Source: an uncultured Bacteroidales bacterium | GTDB lineage: Bacteria; Bacteroidota; Bacteroidia; Bacteroidales; UBA4181 | Direction of reading: 5' to 3' | NCBI GenBank assembly: GCA_964349835.1 | Contig: CAYGID010000001.1 | Coordinates: 43,973-107,972 of the forward strand | Length of the DNA: 64,000 bases | Part shown: one piece after another, positions 8,651 to 17,925 of the stretch | Layout: the number at the start of each line of letters is the position of its first letter | Numbering within the stretch: the first letter of the stretch is position 1 | Program-made: the position numbers and the translations under genes | The notes under the pieces: generated by a model | Database searches by the model: none | What the model saw: only the letters and a program-made list of their open reading frames with translations | What the model was told of the DNA's origin: nothing

Positions 8651-9703
8651 TCAAGCACCCACTCTTATTAGTCTCACCATCTGCATGGAGAGGTCTAAAA
8701 GAACCAGTCGCTCAGAAACATTCCCGTCGATATGGGCGTAGGCCCTTTCGAGCTCCTCAAAGAGAGACGCCGCGTTGCCGGGGTGTATGAATTTGTGAAA
8801 ATTGGCCGCAAAGGCCTCCTCCTCCTCGTTCAGATGCGCCAATTGGGGCTGCTCGAGTTGCATCACCAGATTCTCGCGTATCATTCTCGACGAAAAAATC
8901 AGAAACCGTTTAATCACCGCCCTTTGCCACTCCGACAGCTCCTCGGCCAGCGCCAGAAGCGATTGCACAGCGTTGTTCTGTGCGGTAAGGTTCTTGCTCC
9001 GAACCCCCCAGCACAAGCGCATCAGCGACACAAACTTCTCGAAGAAGAGGCGGCTTTCGTCGCTGCTGACCGAATCGGCCGCAGGAATCTCAAGCATCTG
9101 GAGTCTCGACAAAACTGTAGGCAGCATCTCGTCTATTGAATGGGCCACCAGCAGAAAGAGTGTCTTTTCGGGGGGCTCCTCAAGCAGCTTGAGCAGTTTA
9201 TTGCCGGCCGAAATATGCATCGCCTCGGGCTGCCATACAATGAAAATTTTGTACCCCCCTTCGAACGCTTTGAGTGAGGCCTGCTGCACGATATCTCCGG
9301 CCTCGGCGCCAAAAATACCCGCCTGCTTATTTTCGCCCGGCGCAATCTCCTGTTGCCAGTCGGCCGGGGTCATGAAAGGGTTGGCAAGAAAGGCACGACG
9401 GAAGGCAACCATGTTCAGGCTACTCAAGACAACCCCCGACGATGGCTTCACCAGGGGGAAGGCAAAATGGAGGTCGGGATGAATCAGGCCCTCCACCTTT
9501 CGACAGTTATTGCATCGACCACAGGCATCGTGTTGCGAAGGCTCACTGCAGAGCAGCAGACGGGCATAGGCCAACGCCAACGGGAGCGCGCCCGAACCCT
9601 CAGGTCCGAAAAGGAGCCGGGCGTGGGGAACCCGCTTCTGAACAAACGAGTTCAGAAGGTGCTGTGTAACGGTTTCGGGAACCGCGATATCCTTGAAGAG
9701 CAT
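8651..9703 (-). CDS. holB: DNA polymerase III delta-prime subunit-like ATPase
   Basis: 350 aa with LLFGPEGSGALPLALAYARLLLC followed by the zinc module CGRCNNCRK, and the clamp-loader SRLQ motif (TVLSRLQ). Confidence 0.8.
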   Translation of the reverse strand: MLFKDIAVPETVTQHLLNSFVQKRVPHARLLFGPEGSGALPLALAYARLLLCSEPSQHDACGRCNNCRKVEGLIHPDLHFAFPLVKPSSGVVLSSLNMVAFRRAFLANPFMTPADWQQEIAPGENKQAGIFGAEAGDIVQQASLKAFEGGYKIFIVWQPEAMHISAGNKLLKLLEEPPEKTLFLLVAHSIDEMLPTVLSRLQMLEIPAADSVSSDESRLFFEKFVSLMRLCWGVRSKNLTAQNNAVQSLLALAEELSEWQRAVIKRFLIFSSRMIRENLVMQLEQPQLAHLNEEEEAFAANFHKFIHPGNAASLFEELERAYAHIDGNVSERLVLLDLSMQMVRLIRVGA

Positions 9704-9752
9704 AAAAGGCTTCGATGGTAGAATAGGCGCAAGTTACAAATATTCGGCCGCA

Positions 9753-10448
9753 TTATGAGGGCAAAAGTCCCTCGTCGGCAAAACTGAAATAACTCTGTTC
9801 GCCAATAATAATGTGATCTATCAGTTGGAGGTTCAGAACGGTGGCCGCAGCGGCAATCTTGCGGGTCACCACTTTGTCTTCGGCGCTGGGCGAGAGTGCC
9901 CCGCTGGGGTGGTTATGAGCCACAATCATACCGCAGGCCGCACAGCTCAAAGCCTCGCGCAGGATGATGCGTACATCGACAACTGTTGAGGTGAGTCCTC
10001 CCTGGCTCACCTTGGCCATTCTAATAACTTTGTTCATGCGGTTCAGATAGGCCACATGCATCTCTTCGTGAGGCAGGCCCTGAAGGGTAGCCGAAAAAAC
10101 CCGGAAGGCATCTTCGCTTTTCTGTATGGGCTGACGGGCCGGTAGTGGGGAGTCTTGCGAGCGCTTGCCCAGTTCGAAAGCGGCCAACAGTGTCACCGCT
10201 TTCACTCGCCCCATTCCAGGGAGCGTTTCCAATTCGCTGAGCGTGAGCCCGGGAAATCCGGCGAGCGATTGGTTTACCGTCTGCAGCAGGAAGCGGGCCA
10301 GATCAACGGCCGATTGCCCCGACGAACCGGTTCGCAGCAGGATGGCCAGTAGTTCGGAGTCGGAGAGCGCAGAGGCTCCTTTGTCGGCAAACTTTTCGCG
10401 GGGGCGATCGCACAGCGCCCAGTTTTTTATTGATTTACGGATTTGCAT
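9753..10448 (-). CDS. radC: RadC-family JAMM/MPN domain protein
   Basis: N-terminal LSDSELLAILLRTGS and C-terminal JAMM motif HNHPSGALSPSAED. Confidence 0.9.
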   Translation of the reverse strand: MQIRKSIKNWALCDRPREKFADKGASALSDSELLAILLRTGSSGQSAVDLARFLLQTVNQSLAGFPGLTLSELETLPGMGRVKAVTLLAAFELGKRSQDSPLPARQPIQKSEDAFRVFSATLQGLPHEEMHVAYLNRMNKVIRMAKVSQGGLTSTVVDVRIILREALSCAACGMIVAHNHPSGALSPSAEDKVVTRKIAAAATVLNLQLIDHIIIGEQSYFSFADEGLLPS

Positions 10449-10476
10449 AAGAGTATTGTATTTGGGTAGGTTAGAG

Positions 10477-11010
10477 TCAAAAAAAAGGGATACCGCCCGG
10501 AAAGAGGATTGATCGCACCGTATGGCTTAAAAAAAGGAATAGACGGCTCTGTTCAAACAGGGAGGGGTCGGCAAAATGGTGCTGTTGGTTAAAATATTCG
10601 ACCCCCATGCAGAGGAGCCCCAAAATAAAGGCAGCCTGAACAAGCGAAAAGAAGATACCCAGGCCACGGTTGAGAAATCCGACGGGGGTGAGATCGGCCA
10701 GTTGGGTAACCACTTTCCCTGCAATCACCATGAGCAGGAAAAAAAAGAGCACCACAGCAATGATGGCCCACAATCCGGCCCACTGGGGTGACGCACCCAG
10801 TTTCAGTAACCACGACTCGGCGGGACTCTTCCAGATGTGGGCTAAAAAGAGACCGCCCAAGATGCCTGCCAGCGAAAAGAGCTGCTGAATCAGACCACTG
10901 CGATAGCCGTGAAAGGCCGCCAACAGCAGAAACAGCCACAGCGCAAGATCGATTCCGGAGCATTGATACTCCGGTCCGAAAAAGGGAAATTTGAAGGCTT
11001 CGAAGGGCAT
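10477..11010 (-). CDS. cvpA: CvpA-family membrane protein
   Basis: 177 aa with four hydrophobic helices. Size and layout are typical of colicin V production protein family members. Confidence 0.7.
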   Translation of the reverse strand: MPFEAFKFPFFGPEYQCSGIDLALWLFLLLAAFHGYRSGLIQQLFSLAGILGGLFLAHIWKSPAESWLLKLGASPQWAGLWAIIAVVLFFFLLMVIAGKVVTQLADLTPVGFLNRGLGIFFSLVQAAFILGLLCMGVEYFNQQHHFADPSLFEQSRLFLFLSHTVRSILFPGGIPFF

Positions 11011-11177
11011 GATAATGAGGTAGCGGGCTATTTAAACACACAAATATCTCTATTTTTTTTACTTGTAGGCATGCCTCAAAAAAAAATGACAAGAGGGGCT
11101 CTCGAAGAGGGGGCTGATGCCCCAGACGATTTCGCGTGGTTTGGCATGATTTGTGAAGTGCTAATCATAAAAAAACT

Positions 11178-11185
11178 TAATTTTG
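11178..11185 (+). promoter_or_regulatory. -7 promoter box (TAatTTTG) for the coiled-coil gene
   Basis: TAATTTTG lies 16 nt upstream of the ATG at 11201. Confidence 0.5.
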
Positions 11186-11200
11186 CATCGCGATTAATGA

Positions 11201-12112
11201 ATGTATCCTTTTGATAGAGCTATGGGAGAGAGTGTAGAAAAGAGAAGCAAAGGCCTGACCATTGTACTTGTTTTGTTGCTGCTGGGGCTGACCGCCGCCA
11301 TTGTGGTGTTATTCAACAAATTGAACGATACAAAAGAAGAGGCTGCCGATGTGAAGGAGCTACTCGAAACGCAACGGGAGGCGCTAGAACAGGATTTGTC
11401 GGCACTTCAGTTGCAGTTTGGCTCACTGAAAACCGACAACGACAGTATTAAAGTACTCGCCAACGAACAGCAGGAGAAGATTGAAAAGTTGCTGCAAGTA
11501 AACGCAACCAATATTCAGAAGATTAAATTGTATCAAAAGGAGCTTTCCACGCTGCGCGAGGTGCTCAAAACCTATATCGCGCAGGTCGACTCGCTTAATC
11601 AAAAAAATAAGGTGTTGGTGCAGGAGAACCGCGAGGTAAAAAGCCAGCTCGAGGTGGCCCGCTCCGAGAGCATTCGACTAAACGAAGAGAAGCAAGATCT
11701 GAACATAAAAGTGCAACAGGCATCGCTACTCTCTATCTCTGAAATTGTGGCTTCTGCTGTTAACGACAGAGGCCGCGAAATCGACAGAGTGGGACGAGTC
11801 GAGATGTTGAAAGCCTGCTTTGATATCCGAAAAAATAACATTGTGGCGGCCGGAGAAAAGGCCTTTTACGCCCGGTTTAAAGATCCCGACGGCAATCTGC
11901 TGCCTCATCCCGATGGCGTAACTTTTCCCTTCCAGGGGCAGAACGTGGGCTGCTCGGCAGTGCGTATTATCGATTACGAAAACGAAGACATTCCGGTTTG
12001 TATCTTCTGGTATTGCGGCGAGAAGGGGCTCACTACCGAGGGAAAATACACAATCGACATCTTTGTTGAAGGAAATCTGGTTGGTAGCGGATCGTTTATC
12101 CTTAAGAAATAA
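11201..12112 (+). CDS. Membrane-anchored coiled-coil protein with a C-terminal globular domain (hypothetical)
   Basis: 303 aa with a TM helix (GLTIVLVLLLLGLTAAIVVLF). About 150 aa are heptad-like and rich in E/K/L/Q. The C-terminal ~110 aa domain is beta-rich and Cys-containing. An alternative start is the ATG at 11222. Confidence 0.6.
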   Translation: MYPFDRAMGESVEKRSKGLTIVLVLLLLGLTAAIVVLFNKLNDTKEEAADVKELLETQREALEQDLSALQLQFGSLKTDNDSIKVLANEQQEKIEKLLQVNATNIQKIKLYQKELSTLREVLKTYIAQVDSLNQKNKVLVQENREVKSQLEVARSESIRLNEEKQDLNIKVQQASLLSISEIVASAVNDRGREIDRVGRVEMLKACFDIRKNNIVAAGEKAFYARFKDPDGNLLPHPDGVTFPFQGQNVGCSAVRIIDYENEDIPVCIFWYCGEKGLTTEGKYTIDIFVEGNLVGSGSFILKK

Positions 12113-12157
12113 CATTACAAAGCGGAGCTTCTAAACGCCCGACTCTGCCATACTCTT

Positions 12158-12222
12158 GTTACCCGGCGTCGCTGCAGATGGTTGCCTAAACCGCACCAAG
12201 CAGAGGCGCCGGGTAACTTTTT
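12158..12222 (+). terminator. Long-stem terminator after the coiled-coil gene
   Basis: 11-bp outer stem gttacccggcg/cgccgggtaac encloses a 38-nt structured loop and is followed by TTTTT. Confidence 0.6.
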
Positions 12223-13087
12223 ATCTAGTAGCCTTCAAAGTGTTGAGAAGTAGCGACACTATGGTCATCGGACCTACGCCACCGGGAACCGGAGTGATGT
12301 AACTGCACTTGGGCGCCACCTCATCGAACAGCACATCGCCTTTGAGCCGGAACCCCGATGCGGTATCGGGGCTGGCTACCCGAGTGGTGCCAACGTCAAT
12401 CACAACCGCACCCTCCTTCACCATATCGGCAGTTACAAAACCGGGAATGCCAATGGCCGCAATAAGAATATCGGCCTGACGGGTAATCGCAGGCAGATTT
12501 TGGGTACGGCTATGGCAAACGGTGACGGTACAATCGCCGGGATAGGCCTTCTGAACCATAAGTCCAGCCAAGGGCTTTCCTACAATATTGCTTCGGCCAA
12601 TCACTACGCAGTGTTTACCCGAAGTGGCAATGTGGTAGCGTGAAAGCAACTCGAGAATGCCTGCAGGGGTGGCAGAAACAAAGGCCGGAAGGCCAATGGA
12701 GGTGCGCCCCACGTTAATAGGATGAAACCCGTCGACATCTTTTGCAGGGTCAATGGCCTCAATCACCTTCTGCTCCGAAATCTGTTTGGGCAGAGGAAGC
12801 TGTACAATAAAACCATCGATGTCGGGATTTCGGTTCAACGCGTCGACCCGATTCAGGAGCTCCTCCTCGGTAACCTCGGCTTCGAAACGAATGAGGCTCG
12901 ACTCGAATCCGACCTCGGCACACGCTTTTACCTTGTGAGCAACGTAGGTTTCGCTTCCCCCGTCGTGTCCTACCAGGATTGCAGCCAGGTGGGGACGCTT
13001 TAAGCCCGATTCGCAACGTTTCTTCACCTCAAGAGCAATCTCGCTCTTGATCTGCGATGCAATCTTTTTGCCATCTATCAATTCCAT
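12221..13087 (-). CDS. folD: Bifunctional methylenetetrahydrofolate dehydrogenase/cyclohydrolase
   Basis: 288 aa with GRSNIVGKP and PGGVGPMT motifs. Confidence 0.95.
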   Translation of the reverse strand: MELIDGKKIASQIKSEIALEVKKRCESGLKRPHLAAILVGHDGGSETYVAHKVKACAEVGFESSLIRFEAEVTEEELLNRVDALNRNPDIDGFIVQLPLPKQISEQKVIEAIDPAKDVDGFHPINVGRTSIGLPAFVSATPAGILELLSRYHIATSGKHCVVIGRSNIVGKPLAGLMVQKAYPGDCTVTVCHSRTQNLPAITRQADILIAAIGIPGFVTADMVKEGAVVIDVGTTRVASPDTASGFRLKGDVLFDEVAPKCSYITPVPGGVGPMTIVSLLLNTLKATR

Positions 13088-13158
13088 ATGGGTGTCTGAT
13101 TAATCTGCCAATGTGCTCTCTCTTAGGCCTATGATACTCAATACTATGCCGTGTTGCT

Positions 13159-14496
13159 CTATCTTTTGCGGGGAGCCGAAGCCATCATGCGTGAGAGTTT
13201 CTGGGGCCCGCCTCCCGTCATCATCTTCATAAGGCGGCGGGTCTCGTCGAACTGTTTAATGAGTCGGTTTACATCCTGAATGGTGGTTCCGCTACCCAGC
13301 GAGATTCTTTTGCGACGGTTTCCGTTAATGATAAGGGGATTCTCACGCTCGACCGGGGTCATGGAGTGGATAATGGCTTCGATGCTTTTGAAGGCATCGT
13401 CGTCGAAATCGAGATCGCGGATGGCCTTTCCCACCCCTGGAATCATGCTGGCAAGATCTTTCAGGTTGCCCATCTTTTTGATCTGCTGAATCTGTCCCAG
13501 AAAATCATTAAAATCGAACTGGTTTTTGGCAATCTTTTTCTGCAGCCTGCGGGCCTCTTCGGCATCGTACTGCTCCTGCGCCTTTTCGACCAGCGATACA
13601 ATGTCGCCCATGCCCAGGATCCGGTCGGCCATACGGTTGGGGTGAAACACGTCGAGGGCCTCCATCTTCTCGCCTGTGCTCACAAACTTGATGGGTTTGT
13701 TCACTACCGACATCACCGAAAGGGCGGCTCCACCGCGGGTATCTCCATCGAGTTTGGTGAGCACAACCCCGTCGAAATCGAGCCGTTCGTTAAACTCGCG
13801 GGCGGTATTCACCGCATCCTGTCCCGTCATGGAGTCAACCACGAAGAGGATCTCGGAGGGTTTCACTGCCGTTTTGATGGCAGCAATTTCGTTCATCATC
13901 TGCTGGTCGATGGCCAGACGGCCGGCGGTATCAATGAGCACGGTGTTAAATCCGTGCTGCCGCGCATAGACAATGGCCGATTGGGCAATCTGCACAGGAT
14001 TCCGATTGGCCTCTTCGGTATAAATCTGCACGCCAATCTGCTCTGCCAACACCTTCAGCTGCTCGATGGCCGCCGGACGATATACATCGCAGGCCACCAA
14101 AAGGGGTTTCTTTCCGCGCCGGCTCTTGAGGTGGTGGGCCAGCTTGCCCGAGAAGGTGGTCTTACCCGAACCCTGAAGCCCAGCCATGAGAATGACCGAA
14201 GGGTCCTCTTTCAGGTTGAGATCGTGCGCAACGCCCCCCATCAGTTGGGTAAGTTCGTCGTGAACAATCTTGACCATCAACTCGCCCGGTTTCAAGGCCG
14301 TAAGTACGTTCATACCCAAAGCCTTCTGCTTTACCGAATCGGTAAAAGACTTGGCAATCCGGTAATTGACATCGGCATCGAGCAGTGCCTTTCGCACGTC
14401 TTTGAGTGTTTCGGCCACATTAATTTCGGTAATGGTGCCCTGCCCTTTTAGCAGTTTAAACGCTCGGTCGAGCCTGTCGGATAAATTGTCGAACAT
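13159..14496 (-). CDS. ffh: Signal recognition particle protein
   Basis: GLQGSGKTT, DTAGR and TKLDG GTPase motifs, plus a Met-rich M domain. Confidence 0.97.
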   Translation of the reverse strand: MFDNLSDRLDRAFKLLKGQGTITEINVAETLKDVRKALLDADVNYRIAKSFTDSVKQKALGMNVLTALKPGELMVKIVHDELTQLMGGVAHDLNLKEDPSVILMAGLQGSGKTTFSGKLAHHLKSRRGKKPLLVACDVYRPAAIEQLKVLAEQIGVQIYTEEANRNPVQIAQSAIVYARQHGFNTVLIDTAGRLAIDQQMMNEIAAIKTAVKPSEILFVVDSMTGQDAVNTAREFNERLDFDGVVLTKLDGDTRGGAALSVMSVVNKPIKFVSTGEKMEALDVFHPNRMADRILGMGDIVSLVEKAQEQYDAEEARRLQKKIAKNQFDFNDFLGQIQQIKKMGNLKDLASMIPGVGKAIRDLDFDDDAFKSIEAIIHSMTPVERENPLIINGNRRKRISLGSGTTIQDVNRLIKQFDETRRLMKMMTGGGPQKLSRMMASAPRKR

Positions 14497-14535
14497 ATTG
14501 CTATAGATATTATAATATAGATAACCAGCAGTGAG

Positions 14536-16323
14536 TTACATACGCTCGGGCAACTCTATGCCCAAGAGCGACATCCCCGAGAAGATAGCCTCGGCTACCC
14601 GCGCCGAAAGCGAAATCCGGAAGCCCCTCACCTGCGCATCTTCTTCCTGGATAATGCGATGATCGTGATAAAATTGATTATACTCTTTGGTCAAGTCGTA
14701 CACATAATTGGCAATGAGCGCAGGGTTGTAGGTTTCGCCGGCGTTGGCTACAACCAACGCGTAGCGGTACAGCAGCCGTATCAGGCTGCGCTCTTTTTCA
14801 TCGTAGCCGGTATAGGCCTCTCCGGCCGCGAAGGGATAGAGCGACAGTGTTTCGGCCTTGCGGAGCACCGACCGGATCCGAGTATAGGTATATTGTATAA
14901 AGGGTCCAGTATTCCCGTTGAAATCGATCGACTCTCGGGGGTCGAAGGTCATATTTTTCTTGGGATCGACCTTCAGAATGAAGTACTTCAGCGCACCAAG
15001 CCCCACGCGACGAATCATCTCATCCTTCTCGGTTTCGGAAAGGCCATCGAGTTTACCCAACTCTTCCGACATGGCCCGGGCGGTATCGCGCATCTCATCC
15101 ATCAGATCGTCGGCATCGACCACTGTTCCCTCGCGCGATTTCATCTTCCCGTCGGGAAGCTCAACCATGCCGTACGACATATGATAGATGGCCGAAGCCC
15201 AGCCATAGCCCAATTTCTTGAGCACCATAGCAAGCACTTGGAAGTGATAGTTTTGCTCGTTGCCTACCACATAAATATGATCGTCAATGGGATATTCGTC
15301 GAATCGCTGACAGGCAGTGCCAATATCCTGGGTCATATAGACCGAGGTACCGTCGCTCCGGAGCAGGAGTTTTTCGTCGAGTCCGTCGGCTGTAAGATCG
15401 GCCCACACGGAACCATCGTCTTTCTGTAACAACACGCCTTTGCGAAGCCCCTCCATCACAATCGCCTTTCCAAGTAGGTAGGTCTGCGATTCGTAATAGG
15501 TTTTGTCGAATGTGATGCCCAACTTTTTGTAGGTAGAACTGAACCCTTCATAGACCCACCCGTTCATGGTAGTCCAGAGGTCTATTACCTCCTCATCGCG
15601 CGACTCCCACAACCGAAGCATCTGTTGTGCCTCATGCATCAGGGGTGCTTTCTTTGCTGCCTCTTCGGCCGAAACCCCCGAAGCCACAAGAGCGGAAATC
15701 TCCTTTTTGAGTTCTACATCGAACTTCACGTAGTAGTTGCCCACCAGATGATCGCCCTTTTTACCCGAACCGACCGGGGTTTCGTTGTTGCCCCACCGCT
15801 GCCAGGCAAGCATCGACTTGCAAATATGAATACCCCTGTCGTTCACCAAGTTTACCTTAATAACCTTGTGTCCGCAGGCCTTCAGAATGTTGGCCATGGA
15901 GGCCCCCAAAAGGTTGTTCCTGATGTGGCCCAGGTGTAACGGCTTGTTGGTGTTGGGCGAAGAGTATTCGATCATAATGGAACGCGGCGATTCGGAGGGC
16001 GAAACCACCTCGCTGTTGTATTGGTTTTCGTAAAGGAACGAGTACCAGTAGGCGGCCGAAAGCGAGAGGTTTAAAAAACCTTTCACCACATTGAAGCCCG
16101 AAAGTTGAGCTGATTTTTGACACAAAGCTTCGCCAATTTCGCGGGCGGTCTGCTCGGGTCCTTTACGCGAAAGTTTTACCAGAGGAAAAACCACAAAAGT
16201 AAAATCGCCATCAAACTCCCTGCGGGTCTCCTGTACCCCAAAAGAAGAGAGGGGGAGGTCGGCCCCATAGAGCCTATGCACAACATCCTTAAGACCAGAC
16301 GCTAAAAACAACTCAATATTCAT
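14536..16323 (-). CDS. argS: Arginine--tRNA ligase
   Basis: 595 aa with the class I HIGH-type motif PLHLGHIRN and a C-terminal anticodon-binding region. Confidence 0.96.
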   Translation of the reverse strand: MNIELFLASGLKDVVHRLYGADLPLSSFGVQETRREFDGDFTFVVFPLVKLSRKGPEQTAREIGEALCQKSAQLSGFNVVKGFLNLSLSAAYWYSFLYENQYNSEVVSPSESPRSIMIEYSSPNTNKPLHLGHIRNNLLGASMANILKACGHKVIKVNLVNDRGIHICKSMLAWQRWGNNETPVGSGKKGDHLVGNYYVKFDVELKKEISALVASGVSAEEAAKKAPLMHEAQQMLRLWESRDEEVIDLWTTMNGWVYEGFSSTYKKLGITFDKTYYESQTYLLGKAIVMEGLRKGVLLQKDDGSVWADLTADGLDEKLLLRSDGTSVYMTQDIGTACQRFDEYPIDDHIYVVGNEQNYHFQVLAMVLKKLGYGWASAIYHMSYGMVELPDGKMKSREGTVVDADDLMDEMRDTARAMSEELGKLDGLSETEKDEMIRRVGLGALKYFILKVDPKKNMTFDPRESIDFNGNTGPFIQYTYTRIRSVLRKAETLSLYPFAAGEAYTGYDEKERSLIRLLYRYALVVANAGETYNPALIANYVYDLTKEYNQFYHDHRIIQEEDAQVRGFRISLSARVAEAIFSGMSLLGIELPERM

Positions 16324-16415
16324 GTCTACCTGCTGTATGCAAAACGGTTACCTTCCGCAAGAGCTATTTCAAAACCGAAGGCTCCTCGCGCGGAAGCGCA
16401 AAAATAGAGAAATGG

Positions 16416-16423
16416 CAAACCTA
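16416..16423 (-). promoter_or_regulatory. -7 promoter box (TAggTTTG) for argS
   Basis: The minus strand reads TAGGTTTG 93 nt upstream of the argS ATG, which implies a leader of roughly 85 nt. Confidence 0.45.
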
Positions 16424-16442
16424 CTCCAATTTTGTATAATAC

Positions 16443-16460
16443 AAAAACCGTTTTTAACGG
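16443..16460 (-). terminator. Weak second terminator hairpin (minus strand)
   Basis: On the minus strand, ccgtt-aaa-aacgg is followed by TTTTT. The stem is only 5 bp. Confidence 0.4.
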
Positions 16461-16468
16461 CTAGTGGT

Positions 16469-16503
16469 AAAAAAAAAGGAGTGGCATCTCCCGATGGCAC
16501 TCC
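16469..16503 (-). terminator. Rho-independent terminator (minus strand) with no annotated gene upstream of it
   Basis: 11-bp stem ggagtggcatc/gatggcactcc with one G-G mismatch and a tccc loop. It is followed on the minus strand by a 9-nt T-run. Confidence 0.7.
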
Positions 16504-16516
16504 TTTGAAACACAGA

Positions 16517-16543
16517 AACTAACTACTACTAACTACTACTAAC
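16517..16543. repeat. Tandem decamer aactactact x2 with partial flanking copies
   Basis: The plus strand reads aact aactactact aactactact aac. The minus strand reads GTTAGTAGTAGTTAGTAGTAGTTAGTT, which places TAG stops in all three frames. Confidence 0.8.
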
Positions 16544-16756
16544 CTATATTCTTACAACCTATGAAGTCGTTTTTTCTATCTCATCTATGCAAACTAACAA
16601 AACAACTATCATGCCAAACTTCGCAAAAAATGTCGTGGCAAGCTGTTTTTTGATGTTTTATTTCGATTTTTCGTCAGGGTTCTCATCGGACAGTTATAAA
16701 CAACCCCGACCGATTTATCGGAGGGAGTAATCACCTTTGGGCAAAAAATTGTATCA

Positions 16757-17914
16757 TTGCGCCGACAAATAACCCATCAAAAAGTGGATCTTTTTCAAAG
16801 AGCTTCCGAAGCCTGGTTGTGTCTTTCGTTATTAGGCCTATCGTGGCTCGTACAATTATCATACCACCTTATTGTATATTCAAGGGTGGCGTTTGGCGGG
16901 AAAAAAAATGCGGCGCTCACCATTGAGATGCCTTTCCCTGTTTCGGTAGTACTGGTGGCGCGAAACGCAGAGGATTATCTGGCAAAGAACCTGCCCCCTT
17001 TTCTGGAACAGGAGTTTCCGGTGCCTTACGAGGTGGTTGTGGTAAACGACTGCTCTACCGACGCCACGGAGGAGATTCTGCGGGCGCTGTCGAATCGCTA
17101 TCCCCACCTGAAGGTAACCTTCATCCGGAAAGACGAAAAGTTTACCACTAATAAGAAGTTAGCCATCACTGTGGGGATCAAGGCGGCCTCGCACGATTGG
17201 GTTCTATTCTCTGAGCTCGATTGTGCACCGGTAGGTACCGGGTGGCTGGCCTCTATGCAAACCTATTTTACCCCCCGAAACGAGATTGTGTTGGGGGTAC
17301 AGTCGTTTGCCGCCGAACCCGGCTTCATGAACAAGCAGTTGCGATACGCCCATCTGATGTGGTCGCTTAACTATTTGGGCATGGCCTTGGCGCAACATCC
17401 TTATATGGGGATTTCACGAAATCTGGCCTATAGAAAAAATCTGTTTTTTGAACAGAAGGGATTTGCGGGGGATGTTCTGTCGGAATATGGCGAGGACGAC
17501 CTCTTTATTCAGAAGGCAGCCCTGAACAATAATGCCTATGTGAATATTGCACCCGAAGCCAAGGTGGTGTGCCCCATTCCCTCGCACAGACACATCCGAA
17601 AATCGTTTCATCACAAATATCTGTTGTCGGCACGCAAGTATCGGCTCCCTTTTAAGCTTTTTCTGGTTGGCGAGCCGATAAGCCGTCTTCTGTTTTGGAT
17701 TATGGTTGTGGTTACAGCACTCATGGGACCGCTCTGGCCGATAGCAGTGGCGCTCCCGGTGATTCGGTGGGCAGTGCAGGCCGTAGTGCTCTTCCGGGCC
17801 TGCAAACAGTTGCAGGAGCCGGGCATCTGGCCTCTGGGATGGCTATTCGACCTTGTAGGCACCTTCGCAGATCTGCAGCGCAATCTGTCGAGCTTTCTCC
17901 CCGCCAAACGCTAA
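16757..17914 (+). CDS. Family 2 glycosyltransferase with N- and C-terminal TM helices
   Basis: VSVVLVARNAEDYL and VVVVNDCSTDAT motifs, with C-terminal hydrophobic helices. There is no in-frame ATG before the first TM helix, so the start is probably the TTG at 16757 or the GTG at about 16784. Confidence 0.8.
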   Translation: MRRQITHQKVDLFQRASEAWLCLSLLGLSWLVQLSYHLIVYSRVAFGGKKNAALTIEMPFPVSVVLVARNAEDYLAKNLPPFLEQEFPVPYEVVVVNDCSTDATEEILRALSNRYPHLKVTFIRKDEKFTTNKKLAITVGIKAASHDWVLFSELDCAPVGTGWLASMQTYFTPRNEIVLGVQSFAAEPGFMNKQLRYAHLMWSLNYLGMALAQHPYMGISRNLAYRKNLFFEQKGFAGDVLSEYGEDDLFIQKAALNNNAYVNIAPEAKVVCPIPSHRHIRKSFHHKYLLSARKYRLPFKLFLVGEPISRLLFWIMVVVTALMGPLWPIAVALPVIRWAVQAVVLFRACKQLQEPGIWPLGWLFDLVGTFADLQRNLSSFLPAKR

Positions 17915-17925
17915 CCGCCAACGCA

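Noticed and set aside
13366-14451. A 361-aa antisense ORF opposite ffh; similar cases occur at 23114-24067 (rluD), 7652-8524 (PSP1), 8802-9482 (holB), 14659-15429 (argS), 40118-40771 (ettA) and 55933-56706 (lpxC/fabZ)
   Set aside because: All lie wholly inside strongly supported genes on the other strand. Their translations are low-complexity (rich in R, G, H, L, V) and lack motifs.
16324-16756. Possible replication origin: an AT-rich 433-nt spacer at a switch from mostly minus-strand genes (left) to plus-strand genes (right), next to rsmG (gidB) and rpmH
   Set aside because: I could not find a cluster of DnaA boxes. The best matches to TTATCCACA have 2 or more mismatches, for example TTATAAACA at about 16694. 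No dnaA or dnaN is nearby. My small hand samples of G versus C were dominated by coding-strand and amino-acid effects. A cumulative GC-skew plot of the whole replicon would settle it.
17695-17925. A 284-aa reading of rsmG extending 231 nt upstream
   Set aside because: The extension lies inside the GT2 gene in another frame. RsmG homology starts at MEPILTYF (ATG at 17926), 12 nt after the GT2 stop.
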